DNA from: Alphaproteobacteria bacterium
GTDB lineage: Bacteria > Pseudomonadota > Alphaproteobacteria > MPNO01
Reading direction: 5' to 3'
Assembly (NCBI GenBank): GCA_965248835.1
Contig: CBDFLJ010000002.1
Span: 1,216,001-1,280,000, forward strand
DNA length: 64,000 nt
Shown here: positions 28,039 through 39,011 of the stretch, piece by piece
Position numbering within the stretch: position 1 is the first letter of the stretch
How the letters are laid out: each line of letters opens with the position of its first letter
The notes under the pieces: model-generated
What the model saw: the letters and a program-made list of their open reading frames with translations, nothing else
Told to the model about the DNA's origin: nothing
The model's database searches: none
Program-made: the position numbers and the translations under genes

Positions 28039-28983
28039 ATGGATGCCGTGGCTTCGAGATCGCGAACCCTTGCCGATATCATTCGGCGCCGGCCGCTCCT
28101 GGCCGCCGCCGCCATAGCTTCGCTCGTGATCCTGGGCTCGTGCGCGGCACCGGACCGCCGCCCCGGCGCACCGCCCGGCGCGCGGACCGGCGGCCAGTAC
28201 AAGATCGGTCTGCCCTACCGGATCAACGGGACCACTTACCGCCCAGCGGTCGACTACGACTATGTCGAAACCGGGATCGCGTCCTGGTACGGTCGGAAAT
28301 TCCATGGCCGCGCGACCGCCAACGGCGAAATCTTCGACATGAACGCGGTCAGCGCCGCGCATCGCACCCTGCCGCTGCCCAGCATCGTCCGGGTGACGAA
28401 CCTGAAGAACGGACGCTCGATCGTGGTGCGGGTGAACGACCGCGGCCCGTTCGTCAAGTCGCGGATCATCGATCTGTCGCGCCGCGCGGCCCAGGTCCTG
28501 GGCTTCAGGGCCAAGGGGTTGGCCCGGGTCAGGGTGGAGATCATGGCCGAGCAAAGCCGCCGGGCGGCGGCGATCGCAATGGGCGGGGTGCCGCCTGGGC
28601 CGGTGATGGACGCGCGCCGAACGCCGCTGCCCAATGACTTGGCGATCGTCCGCGATCCCAAGCCGGTGCGGGTCGCTTTCATTGACGCCTCACCGCTGCC
28701 GGCAACGAAACGGCCCGCGCGGCCCGGGCCTGCACCCGCGGCATCGGGCGAGAGGGCAAAGCGCTACTATGTCCAGGCCGGCGCCTTCCGGGACTATGCC
28801 AATGCGGTCAGGCTCCAATCCTGGCTTGCCTCGATGGGCGAGGCGGCGATCGTGCCATCGAGCGCGGATGCGCCGATTTACCGGGTGCGCTTCGGACCTT
28901 ACGCCGATCCCGCCGATGCCAGAGGGTTGTTGAGCGCCATCGTTGCCAGGGGTCGACCGGATGCCCGAGTCGTTTCCGATTGA
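28039..28983 (+). CDS. rlpA: Septal ring lytic transglycosylase lipoprotein with SPOR domain
   Basis: Lipobox LGSC; GIASWYG, AAHRTLP, VNDRGPF; C-terminal VQAGAF SPOR. Confidence 0.93.
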   Translation: MDAVASRSRTLADIIRRRPLLAAAAIASLVILGSCAAPDRRPGAPPGARTGGQYKIGLPYRINGTTYRPAVDYDYVETGIASWYGRKFHGRATANGEIFDMNAVSAAHRTLPLPSIVRVTNLKNGRSIVVRVNDRGPFVKSRIIDLSRRAAQVLGFRAKGLARVRVEIMAEQSRRAAAIAMGGVPPGPVMDARRTPLPNDLAIVRDPKPVRVAFIDASPLPATKRPARPGPAPAASGERAKRYYVQAGAFRDYANAVRLQSWLASMGEAAIVPSSADAPIYRVRFGPYADPADARGLLSAIVARGRPDARVVSD

Positions 28984-29004
28984 CTCAATGATTCGCCGCC
29001 GCGT

Positions 29005-29643
29005 GTGAGACCGGGCCGGTTCATCACCTTCGAAGGCGGCGAGGGGGCGGGGAAGTCGACCCAGGCCGCCTATCTCGCCCGGGCTCTGCGCGCACGCGGA
29101 CACGCGATCCTTGCCACCAGGGAGCCGGGCGGGACGCCGGGCGCCGAGCGCATCCGCGCACTGATGCTCGAAGACGCCGGATACGCCTGGGATCCGCTCT
29201 CCGAGGCGCTGATGCATTTCGCCGCGCGTCGTGAGCATGTCGAGAAGACCATCCGGCCGGCTCTGGCCGAGGGCAGGTGGGTGATTTCCGACCGCTTCGC
29301 CGATTCGACCCTAGCCTATCAGGGATACGGCGCCGGCGGGCCGATCGAGGCCATCCGGGCGATCGAACCCGCGACGCTGGGCGCGTTCCGTCCGGACCTG
29401 ACGGTAATCCTCGATCTCGACGCGGCCGCGGGGCTGGCGCGTGCCCGCGCGCGCGCGCCGGCCGGCGATCGCTACGAGAAGCAGCCGCTCGCCTTTCACC
29501 AGCGCCTTCGCGAGGGCTTCCGCGCGATCGCAAAGAACGCCCCCGAGCGCTGCGTGGTGATCGACGCCGGCCGGGACGAAGCCGCGATCGCAGCCGCCGT
29601 CCTCGAGGCGGTCGATCGGCGGTTGCCGGAAGCGGTCCAGTGA
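29005..29643 (+). CDS. tmk: Thymidylate kinase
   Basis: FITFEGGEGAGKST, TREPGGT, DRFADS. Confidence 0.95.
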   Translation: MRPGRFITFEGGEGAGKSTQAAYLARALRARGHAILATREPGGTPGAERIRALMLEDAGYAWDPLSEALMHFAARREHVEKTIRPALAEGRWVISDRFADSTLAYQGYGAGGPIEAIRAIEPATLGAFRPDLTVILDLDAAAGLARARARAPAGDRYEKQPLAFHQRLREGFRAIAKNAPERCVVIDAGRDEAAIAAAVLEAVDRRLPEAVQ

Positions 29644-30707
29644 ACGCCCTGCCGGCACCGCGCGAGAACCCCGACCTGGTGGGTCAGGAGGCCGCCGAAA
29701 AGGTCTTTTTCGACAGATGGCGGTCGGGCCGGCTGGCCCATGCATGGCTGATCACCGGGCCCGCCGGCATCGGCAAGGCGACGCTGGCCTACCGGATCGC
29801 GCGCTTCCTGCTGGCGGACGGCGAGGGCACGCAGGGCGGACCGCTCGCCATACCGACCGACCACCCGGTGTTTCACCGTGTCGCCTCGGGCGGGCATGTC
29901 GATCTGATGGTGCTCTCACGCGAGGCGGGGCAGGGCGGCGACGGCCCGCGCACCGTCATCGGCGTCGATGCGGTGCGCGCCGCGGGCCGGTTTCTCTCTC
30001 TGACCGCCGGTCAGTCCCGTTGGCGCGTGGTCATCCTCGACAGCGCCGACGAGCTCAATGCCAACGGTGCCAACGCGCTCTTGAAGGTTCTCGAAGAACC
30101 CCCGGCCAATACCGTGATCCTGCTGGTCTGCCACGTTCCCGGGCGGCTGCCGGCAACGGTACGCTCGCGCTGCTGCCGGCTGAAGCTGGGCCGGCTTGCC
30201 GAGCCGGAGATGCGGGCGCTGATCGAGAAGATGCTGGCGGAGGTTGATGCCGACGACCGCGAGGGCCTGCTCGCCCTTGCCGACGGCAGTATCGGCCGGG
30301 CGCTCGCCTTGGTCGAGGCGCGGGGTCTGGAGCTGTTCCGCGAGGTGATAGGGCTTCTTGCCGGCCTTCCCGCTCTCGACGTGCCGGCGCTGCACAGCTT
30401 CGGCGACCGGCTGGCCAGGCGCGACGCGGAAGCGGCCTGGCGGACGGCGATGCATCTGTGGCTGTGGTGGCTTGCCCGAATCGTCCGGGCCGGGACGACC
30501 TCGTCCGGCGCGCTTGCCGGCGGCGAGATCATTCCCGGCGAGGCCGAGATCGCCCAGGCGGTGATCCGGCGCGCCGGGGTTGAAAGGCTGGTGGAGGTGT
30601 GGGAGAAGAGCGCCGCACTCATCGCCCAGGCCGACCGCGTGAACCTCGATCGCAAGCAGGTCGTGATTGGCGCCTTTCACCAGCTCCAGACCGCGATGCG
30701 GAGCTGA
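29640..30707 (+). CDS. holB: DNA polymerase III subunit delta'
   Basis: HAWLITGPAGIGKATLA, NALLKVLEEPP, TVRSRC; synteny after tmk. Confidence 0.93.
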   Translation: MNALPAPRENPDLVGQEAAEKVFFDRWRSGRLAHAWLITGPAGIGKATLAYRIARFLLADGEGTQGGPLAIPTDHPVFHRVASGGHVDLMVLSREAGQGGDGPRTVIGVDAVRAAGRFLSLTAGQSRWRVVILDSADELNANGANALLKVLEEPPANTVILLVCHVPGRLPATVRSRCCRLKLGRLAEPEMRALIEKMLAEVDADDREGLLALADGSIGRALALVEARGLELFREVIGLLAGLPALDVPALHSFGDRLARRDAEAAWRTAMHLWLWWLARIVRAGTTSSGALAGGEIIPGEAEIAQAVIRRAGVERLVEVWEKSAALIAQADRVNLDRKQVVIGAFHQLQTAMRS

Positions 30708-30745
30708 CAGGCCTTGGCGCTGACCAGCCATCCCGGAGAGCGTGC

Positions 30746-32311
30746 ATGCTCGGCGACAAGCGCTACTACCTGACGACGCCGATCTACTACGTCAACGACG
30801 CGCCGCATATCGGCCACGCCTACACCACGCTTGCCTGCGATGTGCTGGCCCGCTTCATGCGCCTGGACGGCTACGAGGTGTTCTTCCTGACCGGGACCGA
30901 CGAGCACGGCCAGAAGGTCGAGAAATCCGCCCAGGACGCGGGCATGGACCCGCAGGCCTTCACCGACAAGGTCTCGGAGAACTTCCGCAAGCTCGCCAAG
31001 GCGATGAATTTCTCCAACGACGCCTTCATCCGAACGACCGAGCCGCGCCATGCCGAGGCCTCGCAGGCGATCTGGCAGGCGCTGATGGATAACGGGCATA
31101 TCTATCTCGGCTCCTATGCCGGCTGGTATGCGGTGCGCGACGAGGCCTATTACGGCGAAGACGAGATCACCACCGACGAGGACGGGATTCGGCGCGCGGC
31201 ATCGGGCGCCGAGGTCGAATGGGTCGAGGAGCCGTCATACTTCTTCGACCTGTCCCAGTGGCAGGAACGTCTGTTGGCGTTCTACGAGGCCAATCCCGAC
31301 TCGATCGCGCCGCGCTCGCGCCGCAACGAGGTGATCAGCTTCGTCAAGGGCGGGCTCAACGACCTGTCGGTCTCGCGCACCAGCTTCAAATGGGGCGTCC
31401 CGGTGCCGGACGATCCGGACCACATCATGTATGTGTGGCTTGACGCGCTGACCAACTACGCGACCGCGGTAAGCTATCCGGATATGGCGGCCCCGGACTT
31501 CCAGAAATTCTGGCCGTGCGATCTCCACATGGTCGGCAAGGACATCCTGCGCTTTCATGCGGTCTACTGGCCGGCCTTCCTTATGGGGGCGGGGATCGAG
31601 CCGCCCAGGCGGGTCTTCGCCCATGGCTGGTGGACCAACGAAGGACGGAAAATCTCCAAGTCGCTCGGCAACGTGATCGATCCCTTCGCCATCATCGCAC
31701 ATTACGGCCTGGACCAGATCCGCTATTTCCTGATGCGCGAGGTCCCGTTCGGCAATGACGGCGATTTCTCGCATCGGGCGATCGTCAACCGCATCAACGG
31801 CGATCTTGCGAACGACCTGGGAAATCTGGTCCAGCGCGTCGCAGCAATGATCCAGCGCTATTTCGACGGCGCGATGCCGGCGCCCGGACCCTGGACGGAT
31901 GCCGACCGCGCGTTGCTCGACGCCGCGGCAGCGACGCTGGAAGCCAGCCGCGGACACATGCGCGATCAGGTCTTCCACCAGGCGCTGGAGGATCTCTGGA
32001 CGGTCATCCGCCAAGCCAACGCCTATGTCGACCACCAAGCCCCCTGGTCGCTGATCAAACAGGACCGCGCGCGCACCGGAACCGTCTTGTGCGCACTCGC
32101 AGAGGCCATCCGGCGCATCGCCATCATTCTGCAGGCCTTCATGCCTGAGGCCTCCGGGTCTATCCTCGACCAGTTCGCGGTGCCCGCGACAGCCCGCACG
32201 TTCACGCATCTGGGCGAGGGTGAGGCGGTGGCGGCGCGGACCGCGCTGCCCGCGCCGAGCCCGGTCTTCCCGCGCTATGTCGAGGCAGAGGCCGTGCCGG
32301 AAACCGCCTGA
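30746..32311 (+). CDS. metG: Methionyl-tRNA synthetase
   Basis: PHIGHAY, GTDEHG, KISKSLGN. Confidence 0.97.
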   Translation: MLGDKRYYLTTPIYYVNDAPHIGHAYTTLACDVLARFMRLDGYEVFFLTGTDEHGQKVEKSAQDAGMDPQAFTDKVSENFRKLAKAMNFSNDAFIRTTEPRHAEASQAIWQALMDNGHIYLGSYAGWYAVRDEAYYGEDEITTDEDGIRRAASGAEVEWVEEPSYFFDLSQWQERLLAFYEANPDSIAPRSRRNEVISFVKGGLNDLSVSRTSFKWGVPVPDDPDHIMYVWLDALTNYATAVSYPDMAAPDFQKFWPCDLHMVGKDILRFHAVYWPAFLMGAGIEPPRRVFAHGWWTNEGRKISKSLGNVIDPFAIIAHYGLDQIRYFLMREVPFGNDGDFSHRAIVNRINGDLANDLGNLVQRVAAMIQRYFDGAMPAPGPWTDADRALLDAAAATLEASRGHMRDQVFHQALEDLWTVIRQANAYVDHQAPWSLIKQDRARTGTVLCALAEAIRRIAIILQAFMPEASGSILDQFAVPATARTFTHLGEGEAVAARTALPAPSPVFPRYVEAEAVPETA

Positions 32312-33105
32312 TGCTGGTCGACAGCCACTGCCATCTCGATTTCGACGTCTTCGACGACGACCGCGGCGAGACCATCGCGCGGGCGCGCGCGGCAGGGATC
32401 GGCCGGATGGTGACGATCTGCACCAAGCTCAGCCGGTTCGAGCCGATCCTCGAGATCGCGCGCGGCTCGGAGATCATCGACTGCACGCTGGGCGTCCATC
32501 CCCATCACGTCGCCAGCGAAGGCATCACCGCAGCCGAGCGCCTGATCGCCGGCGCCGAGGTGCCGGAGGTCGTGGGCATCGGCGAAACCGGGCTCGACTA
32601 CCACTACGAACACAGCCCGCGGGAGGACCAGCGGCGGAGCTTCCGCAACCATATTGCGGCCGCTCGCAGCACGGGCCTGCCGCTGATCGTCCACAGCCGC
32701 GATGCCGATCAGGACATGATCGACATTCTGGGCGAGGAGATGCACGAAGGCGTCTTCCCAGGTGTCCTCCACTGCTTTTCCAGCGGGCGGGCGCTCGCCG
32801 AGAAGGCTTTGAAGCTGGGCCTTTATATTTCGTTCTCCGGCATCCTCACGTTCAAGAATTCCGAGGATCTGCGCGAGACTGCCCGGGCGGTGCCGATGGA
32901 CCGCATCCTGGTCGAGACCGATGCGCCCTTCCTTGCGCCTGTGCCTAATCGGGGCAAGCGCAACGAGCCGTCCTTTGTGGTCCACACCGCGGCGATGATC
33001 GCCGAGATCAAGCGGCTCGACATCGAAGAAATTACACAAAGAACGACAGACAACTTCTTCTCATTATTTCAGAAATCGGCTGAACGCGCGCAGCGATGCG
33101 CGTGA
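32311..33105 (+). CDS. tatD: TatD family nuclease/hydrolase
   Basis: DSHCHL, GETGLDY, HCFS, ETDAPFL. Confidence 0.93.
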   Translation: MLVDSHCHLDFDVFDDDRGETIARARAAGIGRMVTICTKLSRFEPILEIARGSEIIDCTLGVHPHHVASEGITAAERLIAGAEVPEVVGIGETGLDYHYEHSPREDQRRSFRNHIAAARSTGLPLIVHSRDADQDMIDILGEEMHEGVFPGVLHCFSSGRALAEKALKLGLYISFSGILTFKNSEDLRETARAVPMDRILVETDAPFLAPVPNRGKRNEPSFVVHTAAMIAEIKRLDIEEITQRTTDNFFSLFQKSAERAQRCA

Positions 33106-33866
33106 CGATCCTGGGCTGCGGCAGCTCGCAGGGCGTGCCGAGGATCGGTGGCGACTGGGGCGCCTGCGATCCGGTGGAGCCCAGGAACCGACGCCTGCGT
33201 CCGTCGATCCTGGTCGAATGGGATGGCCTCAATATCCTGGTCGACACGTCGCCGGACCTACGCCAGCAGCTCCTGGCGGCCGGGACCGCCCGGATCGACG
33301 TCGTTCTGTTCACCCATGCCCATGCCGATCACGTCCACGGGATCGACGATCTGCGCGGTATCGAGCGGTTGACCGGCAAGCCGATCGAGGTTTTTGCCGA
33401 GGCTGCGGTGCTGGATGAGATCCTCGGCCGGTTTCCCTACCTGTTTCTCGGCGCGCCCGGACCTGACAGGGCCTATCCGCCGTTCCTGGTCCCGCAGGCG
33501 GTCGCGGAGGATTTCGTCGTCCAGGACCGCTCGGTCAGGGCCTTCACCCAGGAACACGGCAATGTGCGCACGACCGGGTTTCGCTTCGACAAGCTGGCCT
33601 ATTCGACCGACGTCGTCGCCTTGCCGGAGGCCAGTCTTGCCGCGCTTGCCGGGGTCGACACCTGGATCGTCGACTGCCTGAGACTCGGCCCGGCACACCC
33701 GACGCACGCCCACTGGCCGGTCACAGAATCCTGGCTCGACCGCATCCGGCCGCGCCGTGCCGTCCTGACTCACATGAACCACCAGAGCGACTACCGAACG
33801 CTGGATTCGGCGACTCCGGAACACGTCGCGCCCGGCTACGACGGGATGATCATAGAAATTCCATAA
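33096..33866 (+). CDS. MBL-fold metallohydrolase, PhnP-like
   Basis: LGCGSSQGVP, THAHADHVHG, THMNH, GYDGM. Confidence 0.9.
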   Translation: MRVTILGCGSSQGVPRIGGDWGACDPVEPRNRRLRPSILVEWDGLNILVDTSPDLRQQLLAAGTARIDVVLFTHAHADHVHGIDDLRGIERLTGKPIEVFAEAAVLDEILGRFPYLFLGAPGPDRAYPPFLVPQAVAEDFVVQDRSVRAFTQEHGNVRTTGFRFDKLAYSTDVVALPEASLAALAGVDTWIVDCLRLGPAHPTHAHWPVTESWLDRIRPRRAVLTHMNHQSDYRTLDSATPEHVAPGYDGMIIEIP

Positions 33867-33883
33867 TATATATTATGCGACTT
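33856..33883 (-). other. dif: Chromosome dimer resolution site dif (XerC/XerD)
   Basis: Minus strand AAGTCGCATAA-TATATA-TTATGGAATTT: 11-6-11 architecture matching proteobacterial dif (E. coli GGTGCGCATAA-TGTATA-TTATGTTAAAT). Confidence 0.85.
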
Positions 33884-34082
33884 TCCTATTCATGACGCAT
33901 TGCTCGCAGACCGCACAGAACGTCGTACGGGTACGGGTCGACCGGAAGGATGAAGCTGGCCCGCCCCGCGCCAACAGACCCGCAAGGCCTCGGCGGGCGT
34001 TTGAATCGGCATAAACCACCGCAGCGGCGCTTTTGCGAATCGCGGACATGGTTATAGTCGGGGCACCGGCCAAATTCCCTGG

Positions 34083-34925
34083 ATGAATGCGATGCCCGAT
34101 GAGACGACGACGGGAACGGCGGGCGGCATCGCCGCTTTGCTTGCCGTGATGACGCGGCTGCGCGATCCCCGGGCCGGCTGCCCGTGGGACAAGGTGCAGA
34201 CCTTCCGGAGCATCGCCCCCTATACAATCGAGGAGGCCTACGAGGTCGCCGATGCGATCGACCGGAACGACCTGACGGCGCTGCGCGACGAGCTCGGCGA
34301 CCTGCTGCTCCAAGTGGTGTTCCACGCCGAAATGGCGCGCGAGCGCGGCGCATTCGATTTCAACGATGTCGCCTGCGGCATTACCGAGAAAATGCACCGC
34401 CGCCATCCGCATGTCTTCGGCGAAAGCGCCGAAGCGGACCTTGGCGTCCTCAACCGCGTCTGGGAGCAGCACAAAGCCGACGAGCGCGCAGAAGCCACCG
34501 GCAGCGGCGACACGCCGCCCAGCGCGCTCGACGGGGTCGCGCGCGCCCTGCCCGCCCTGATGCGCGCGCAGAAGCTGCAGCGCCGCGCGGCCCGGGTCGG
34601 TTTCGACTGGCCCGAACCGGGCGCGGTGCTCGCCAAGATCGACGAGGAGCTCGCCGAAATCCGCGAGGCGCGCGCGCGCGGCGCCGGCACCGAGGAGATC
34701 GCCGGCGAGATCGGCGACCTGCTGTTCGCCTGCGTCAATGCGGCCCGCCATCTCGATGTCGATGCCGAGGTCGCGCTCAGGCAGTGCAACGAAAAATTCA
34801 CCCGGCGTTTCAACCACGTCGAGGCCGGTATCGCCAAGGACGGCCGGCGGATCGAGGACGCCAGCCTCGAGGAGATGGAAGCCTTCTGGGTCGAGGCCAA
34901 GGGGGCTGAGCTCAGTCCCCGGTGA
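34083..34925 (+). CDS. mazG: Nucleoside triphosphate pyrophosphohydrolase
   Basis: GCPWD, EEAYEV, DELGDLLLQVVFH, GFDWP, EIGDLLF; alternative start 34092. Confidence 0.95.
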   Translation: MNAMPDETTTGTAGGIAALLAVMTRLRDPRAGCPWDKVQTFRSIAPYTIEEAYEVADAIDRNDLTALRDELGDLLLQVVFHAEMARERGAFDFNDVACGITEKMHRRHPHVFGESAEADLGVLNRVWEQHKADERAEATGSGDTPPSALDGVARALPALMRAQKLQRRAARVGFDWPEPGAVLAKIDEELAEIREARARGAGTEEIAGEIGDLLFACVNAARHLDVDAEVALRQCNEKFTRRFNHVEAGIAKDGRRIEDASLEEMEAFWVEAKGAELSPR

Positions 34926-35790
34926 GCAGCAGCATCAGGCTCGAAGTGTCGTAGCGCGCGCCGCCGCGCGCCTGGACGTGCTTGTAGAATTGATCGACCA
35001 CGGCGGTCAGCGGCAAGCGCGCGCCGTTGCGATCGGCCTCATCGAGGCAAATCCCCAAATCCTTGCGCATCCAGTCAACGGCGAAGCCGTAATCGTACTT
35101 GCCCGCCAGCATCGTCGCCGCCCGGTTGTCCATCTGCCAGGACTGCGCGGCGCCGCCCGAGATCACCTCGACCGCCTTGTGGGCGTCGAGCCCGGCGCGA
35201 ACGGCGAAGTTGAGCGCTTCGGACAGGCCCTGGACGATCCCGGCGATGCAGATCTGGTTGACCATCTTGGTGAGCTGGCCGTTGCCCGCCTCTCCCATGT
35301 GGACGATCGTTCGGCCGTAGCTTTCCATCACCGGGCGGGCGCGCGCAAAGGCATCCGCCTCGCCGCCGACCATGATGGTGAGCGCGCCGTTCTCGGCGCC
35401 GGCCTGGCCGCCGGACACCGGAGCATCGAGGAAGCCGAACCCCGCCTCGGAAGCCGCGGCAGCGACCTCGCGCGCGACCGCCGCGGAGGTCGTTGTGTGA
35501 TCGACCAAGACGGCCCCCTCCTCCATCCCGGCCAGCGCGCCCTCGGCGCCGAACACCACCGCGCGCAGGTCGTCGTCGTTGCCGACGCAGCAGAAGACGA
35601 ATTGGGCGCCGCGCGCGGCCTCGGCCGGGCTTGGCGCGGAGCCGCCCTTGTGCGCCTCGATCCAGGCGGCGGCCTTGGTTGAGGTCCGGTTATAGACTCT
35701 GACCCGGTGTCCCGCGGCCGCAAGATGCCCGGCCATGGGAAACCCCATCACCCCCAGACCGATGAATGCAGCGGATACGGTTTCGATCAT
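34912..35790 (-). CDS. NAD(P)-dependent beta-hydroxyacid dehydrogenase (3-hydroxyisobutyrate/tartronate semialdehyde reductase family)
   Basis: FIGLGVMG, DAPVSGG, TKMVNQ, KDL. Confidence 0.9.
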   Translation of the reverse strand: MIETVSAAFIGLGVMGFPMAGHLAAAGHRVRVYNRTSTKAAAWIEAHKGGSAPSPAEAARGAQFVFCCVGNDDDLRAVVFGAEGALAGMEEGAVLVDHTTTSAAVAREVAAAASEAGFGFLDAPVSGGQAGAENGALTIMVGGEADAFARARPVMESYGRTIVHMGEAGNGQLTKMVNQICIAGIVQGLSEALNFAVRAGLDAHKAVEVISGGAAQSWQMDNRAATMLAGKYDYGFAVDWMRKDLGICLDEADRNGARLPLTAVVDQFYKHVQARGGARYDTSSLMLLLTGD

Positions 35791-35857
35791 GTCTGCCCGC
35801 CCTGTCGGGAATTCCGCGGCGATCATAGATGGCCCCCCGCGGGGCGGCAACGCGAGG

Positions 35858-36658
35858 CTATGTCCCGCGGGCCAGCGCCGCGCGGATACCGCATGCCAGG
35901 GTCTGCCAGGTCTCGCCGTCGGGGGTCAGCAAAAGCCCCTCCTGGTGCTTGCGGCCGGGTCGGTAGGGCGCGCCGTCGAGGCATGCGTTGAAGCCGCCCG
36001 CCTCGTGGTGGAGGAGCTGGCCCGGTGCGTGATCCCACGGTTTCAGGCCCCTGTAGAAGGCGAAATGGGTCACCCCGGCGCCGAGCGCGAGGTAGTCGAC
36101 CCCGCAGCACCGGTTGTTGGTCACCCCGGCGAAGCGCCCGCTGAAGGCGCGGTCGCGGCGCAGCCGTGCGCCGAGCGCCCCGGTCATCGCGCTCTCGGGG
36201 GCCGTTCCGGCGACACTCAGCCGCGCGCCGTCGCGCCAGGCTCCGGCACCGCGCTCCGCGACCGACATCGAGCCGGCCAGCGGATCGTAGATCCAGCCGG
36301 CTTCCGTCCGCCCATCGACGACGAAGGCGACCATGACCGTGAAGTCCGGCTTGCCGTCGGCGAAGTTCGCGGTGCCGTCCACCGGATCGATGATCCACAC
36401 CGCTCCCGGCTGCTCGAGCGCGGTGAGGATCTCCGGATCGGCCTCGCAGGCCTCTTCGCCGACCACAAGCGCATCGGGTCGGATCCCGGCCAGGCCCTTG
36501 CCGAGCGCGGCCTCGGCGCATTCATCGGCCACGGTCACGACCGAGCCCGGTCGCTTTTCCCAGGACTCCGCTTCGCTCAGGCGCTTGAAACGCGGCAGGA
36601 TTTCGGCCTCGGCGACCTCGCGGATCAGCCGGGTGACCGCATCGATGTCTGGGAACAT
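35858..36658 (-). CDS. Inositol monophosphatase family protein
   Basis: VTVADE, GEE, WIIDPVDGTANF, PWDHA. Confidence 0.9.
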   Translation of the reverse strand: MFPDIDAVTRLIREVAEAEILPRFKRLSEAESWEKRPGSVVTVADECAEAALGKGLAGIRPDALVVGEEACEADPEILTALEQPGAVWIIDPVDGTANFADGKPDFTVMVAFVVDGRTEAGWIYDPLAGSMSVAERGAGAWRDGARLSVAGTAPESAMTGALGARLRRDRAFSGRFAGVTNNRCCGVDYLALGAGVTHFAFYRGLKPWDHAPGQLLHHEAGGFNACLDGAPYRPGRKHQEGLLLTPDGETWQTLACGIRAALARGT

Positions 36659-36724
36659 GAAAGCGACTTCGTCGAGGGCGGGCGGTGCGGCGCACCCTCG
36701 CCGCAGTCGGGCGGGATTGCAACG

Positions 36725-36756
36725 AAAAAAGGAGGGCCGTCATCGGACGGCCCTCC
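36725..36756 (-). terminator. Rho-independent terminator of groESL
   Basis: 11-bp perfect stem GGAGGGCCGTC / GACGGCCCTCC followed by T6 on the minus strand. Confidence 0.88.
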
Positions 36757-36798
36757 GCTGTATTGCGCGGCCTGTGAAACCGGCCGCAGGACGGTGTG

Positions 36799-38761
<1,963 letters not shown>

Positions 38762-38926
38762 AGACCGATCTCCCATAGCTGTGTGAACGTCGATGCTGCG
38801 TACCCGTCCGCGCAACTTTCGTCCTGGATCCCCGCTGCCGCTTCCTAACGGCGTGTATCGAAGCGGACATGCTTCAGGTCGAAAAGCCTTCGGATACGCC
38901 ATGCCGGCCCGAGCGAAGGAGTTTTG

Positions 38927-38953
38927 CTAGCACTCGATCCCGGCGAGTGCTAG
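38927..38953. promoter_or_regulatory. CIRCE element (HrcA operator)
   Basis: CTAGCACTC-N9-GAGTGCTAG upstream of groES. Confidence 0.92.
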
Positions 38954-38954
38954 C

Positions 38955-38983
38955 TATTTAGTGATTCCGAATCGCCCTGTCAA
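38955..38983 (-). promoter_or_regulatory. Putative groESL promoter
   Basis: TTGACA-17 bp-TAAATA on the minus strand immediately upstream of CIRCE. Confidence 0.65.
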
Positions 38984-39011
38984 CACCGGATGCCACAGGT
39001 CGGCCCGGTCT

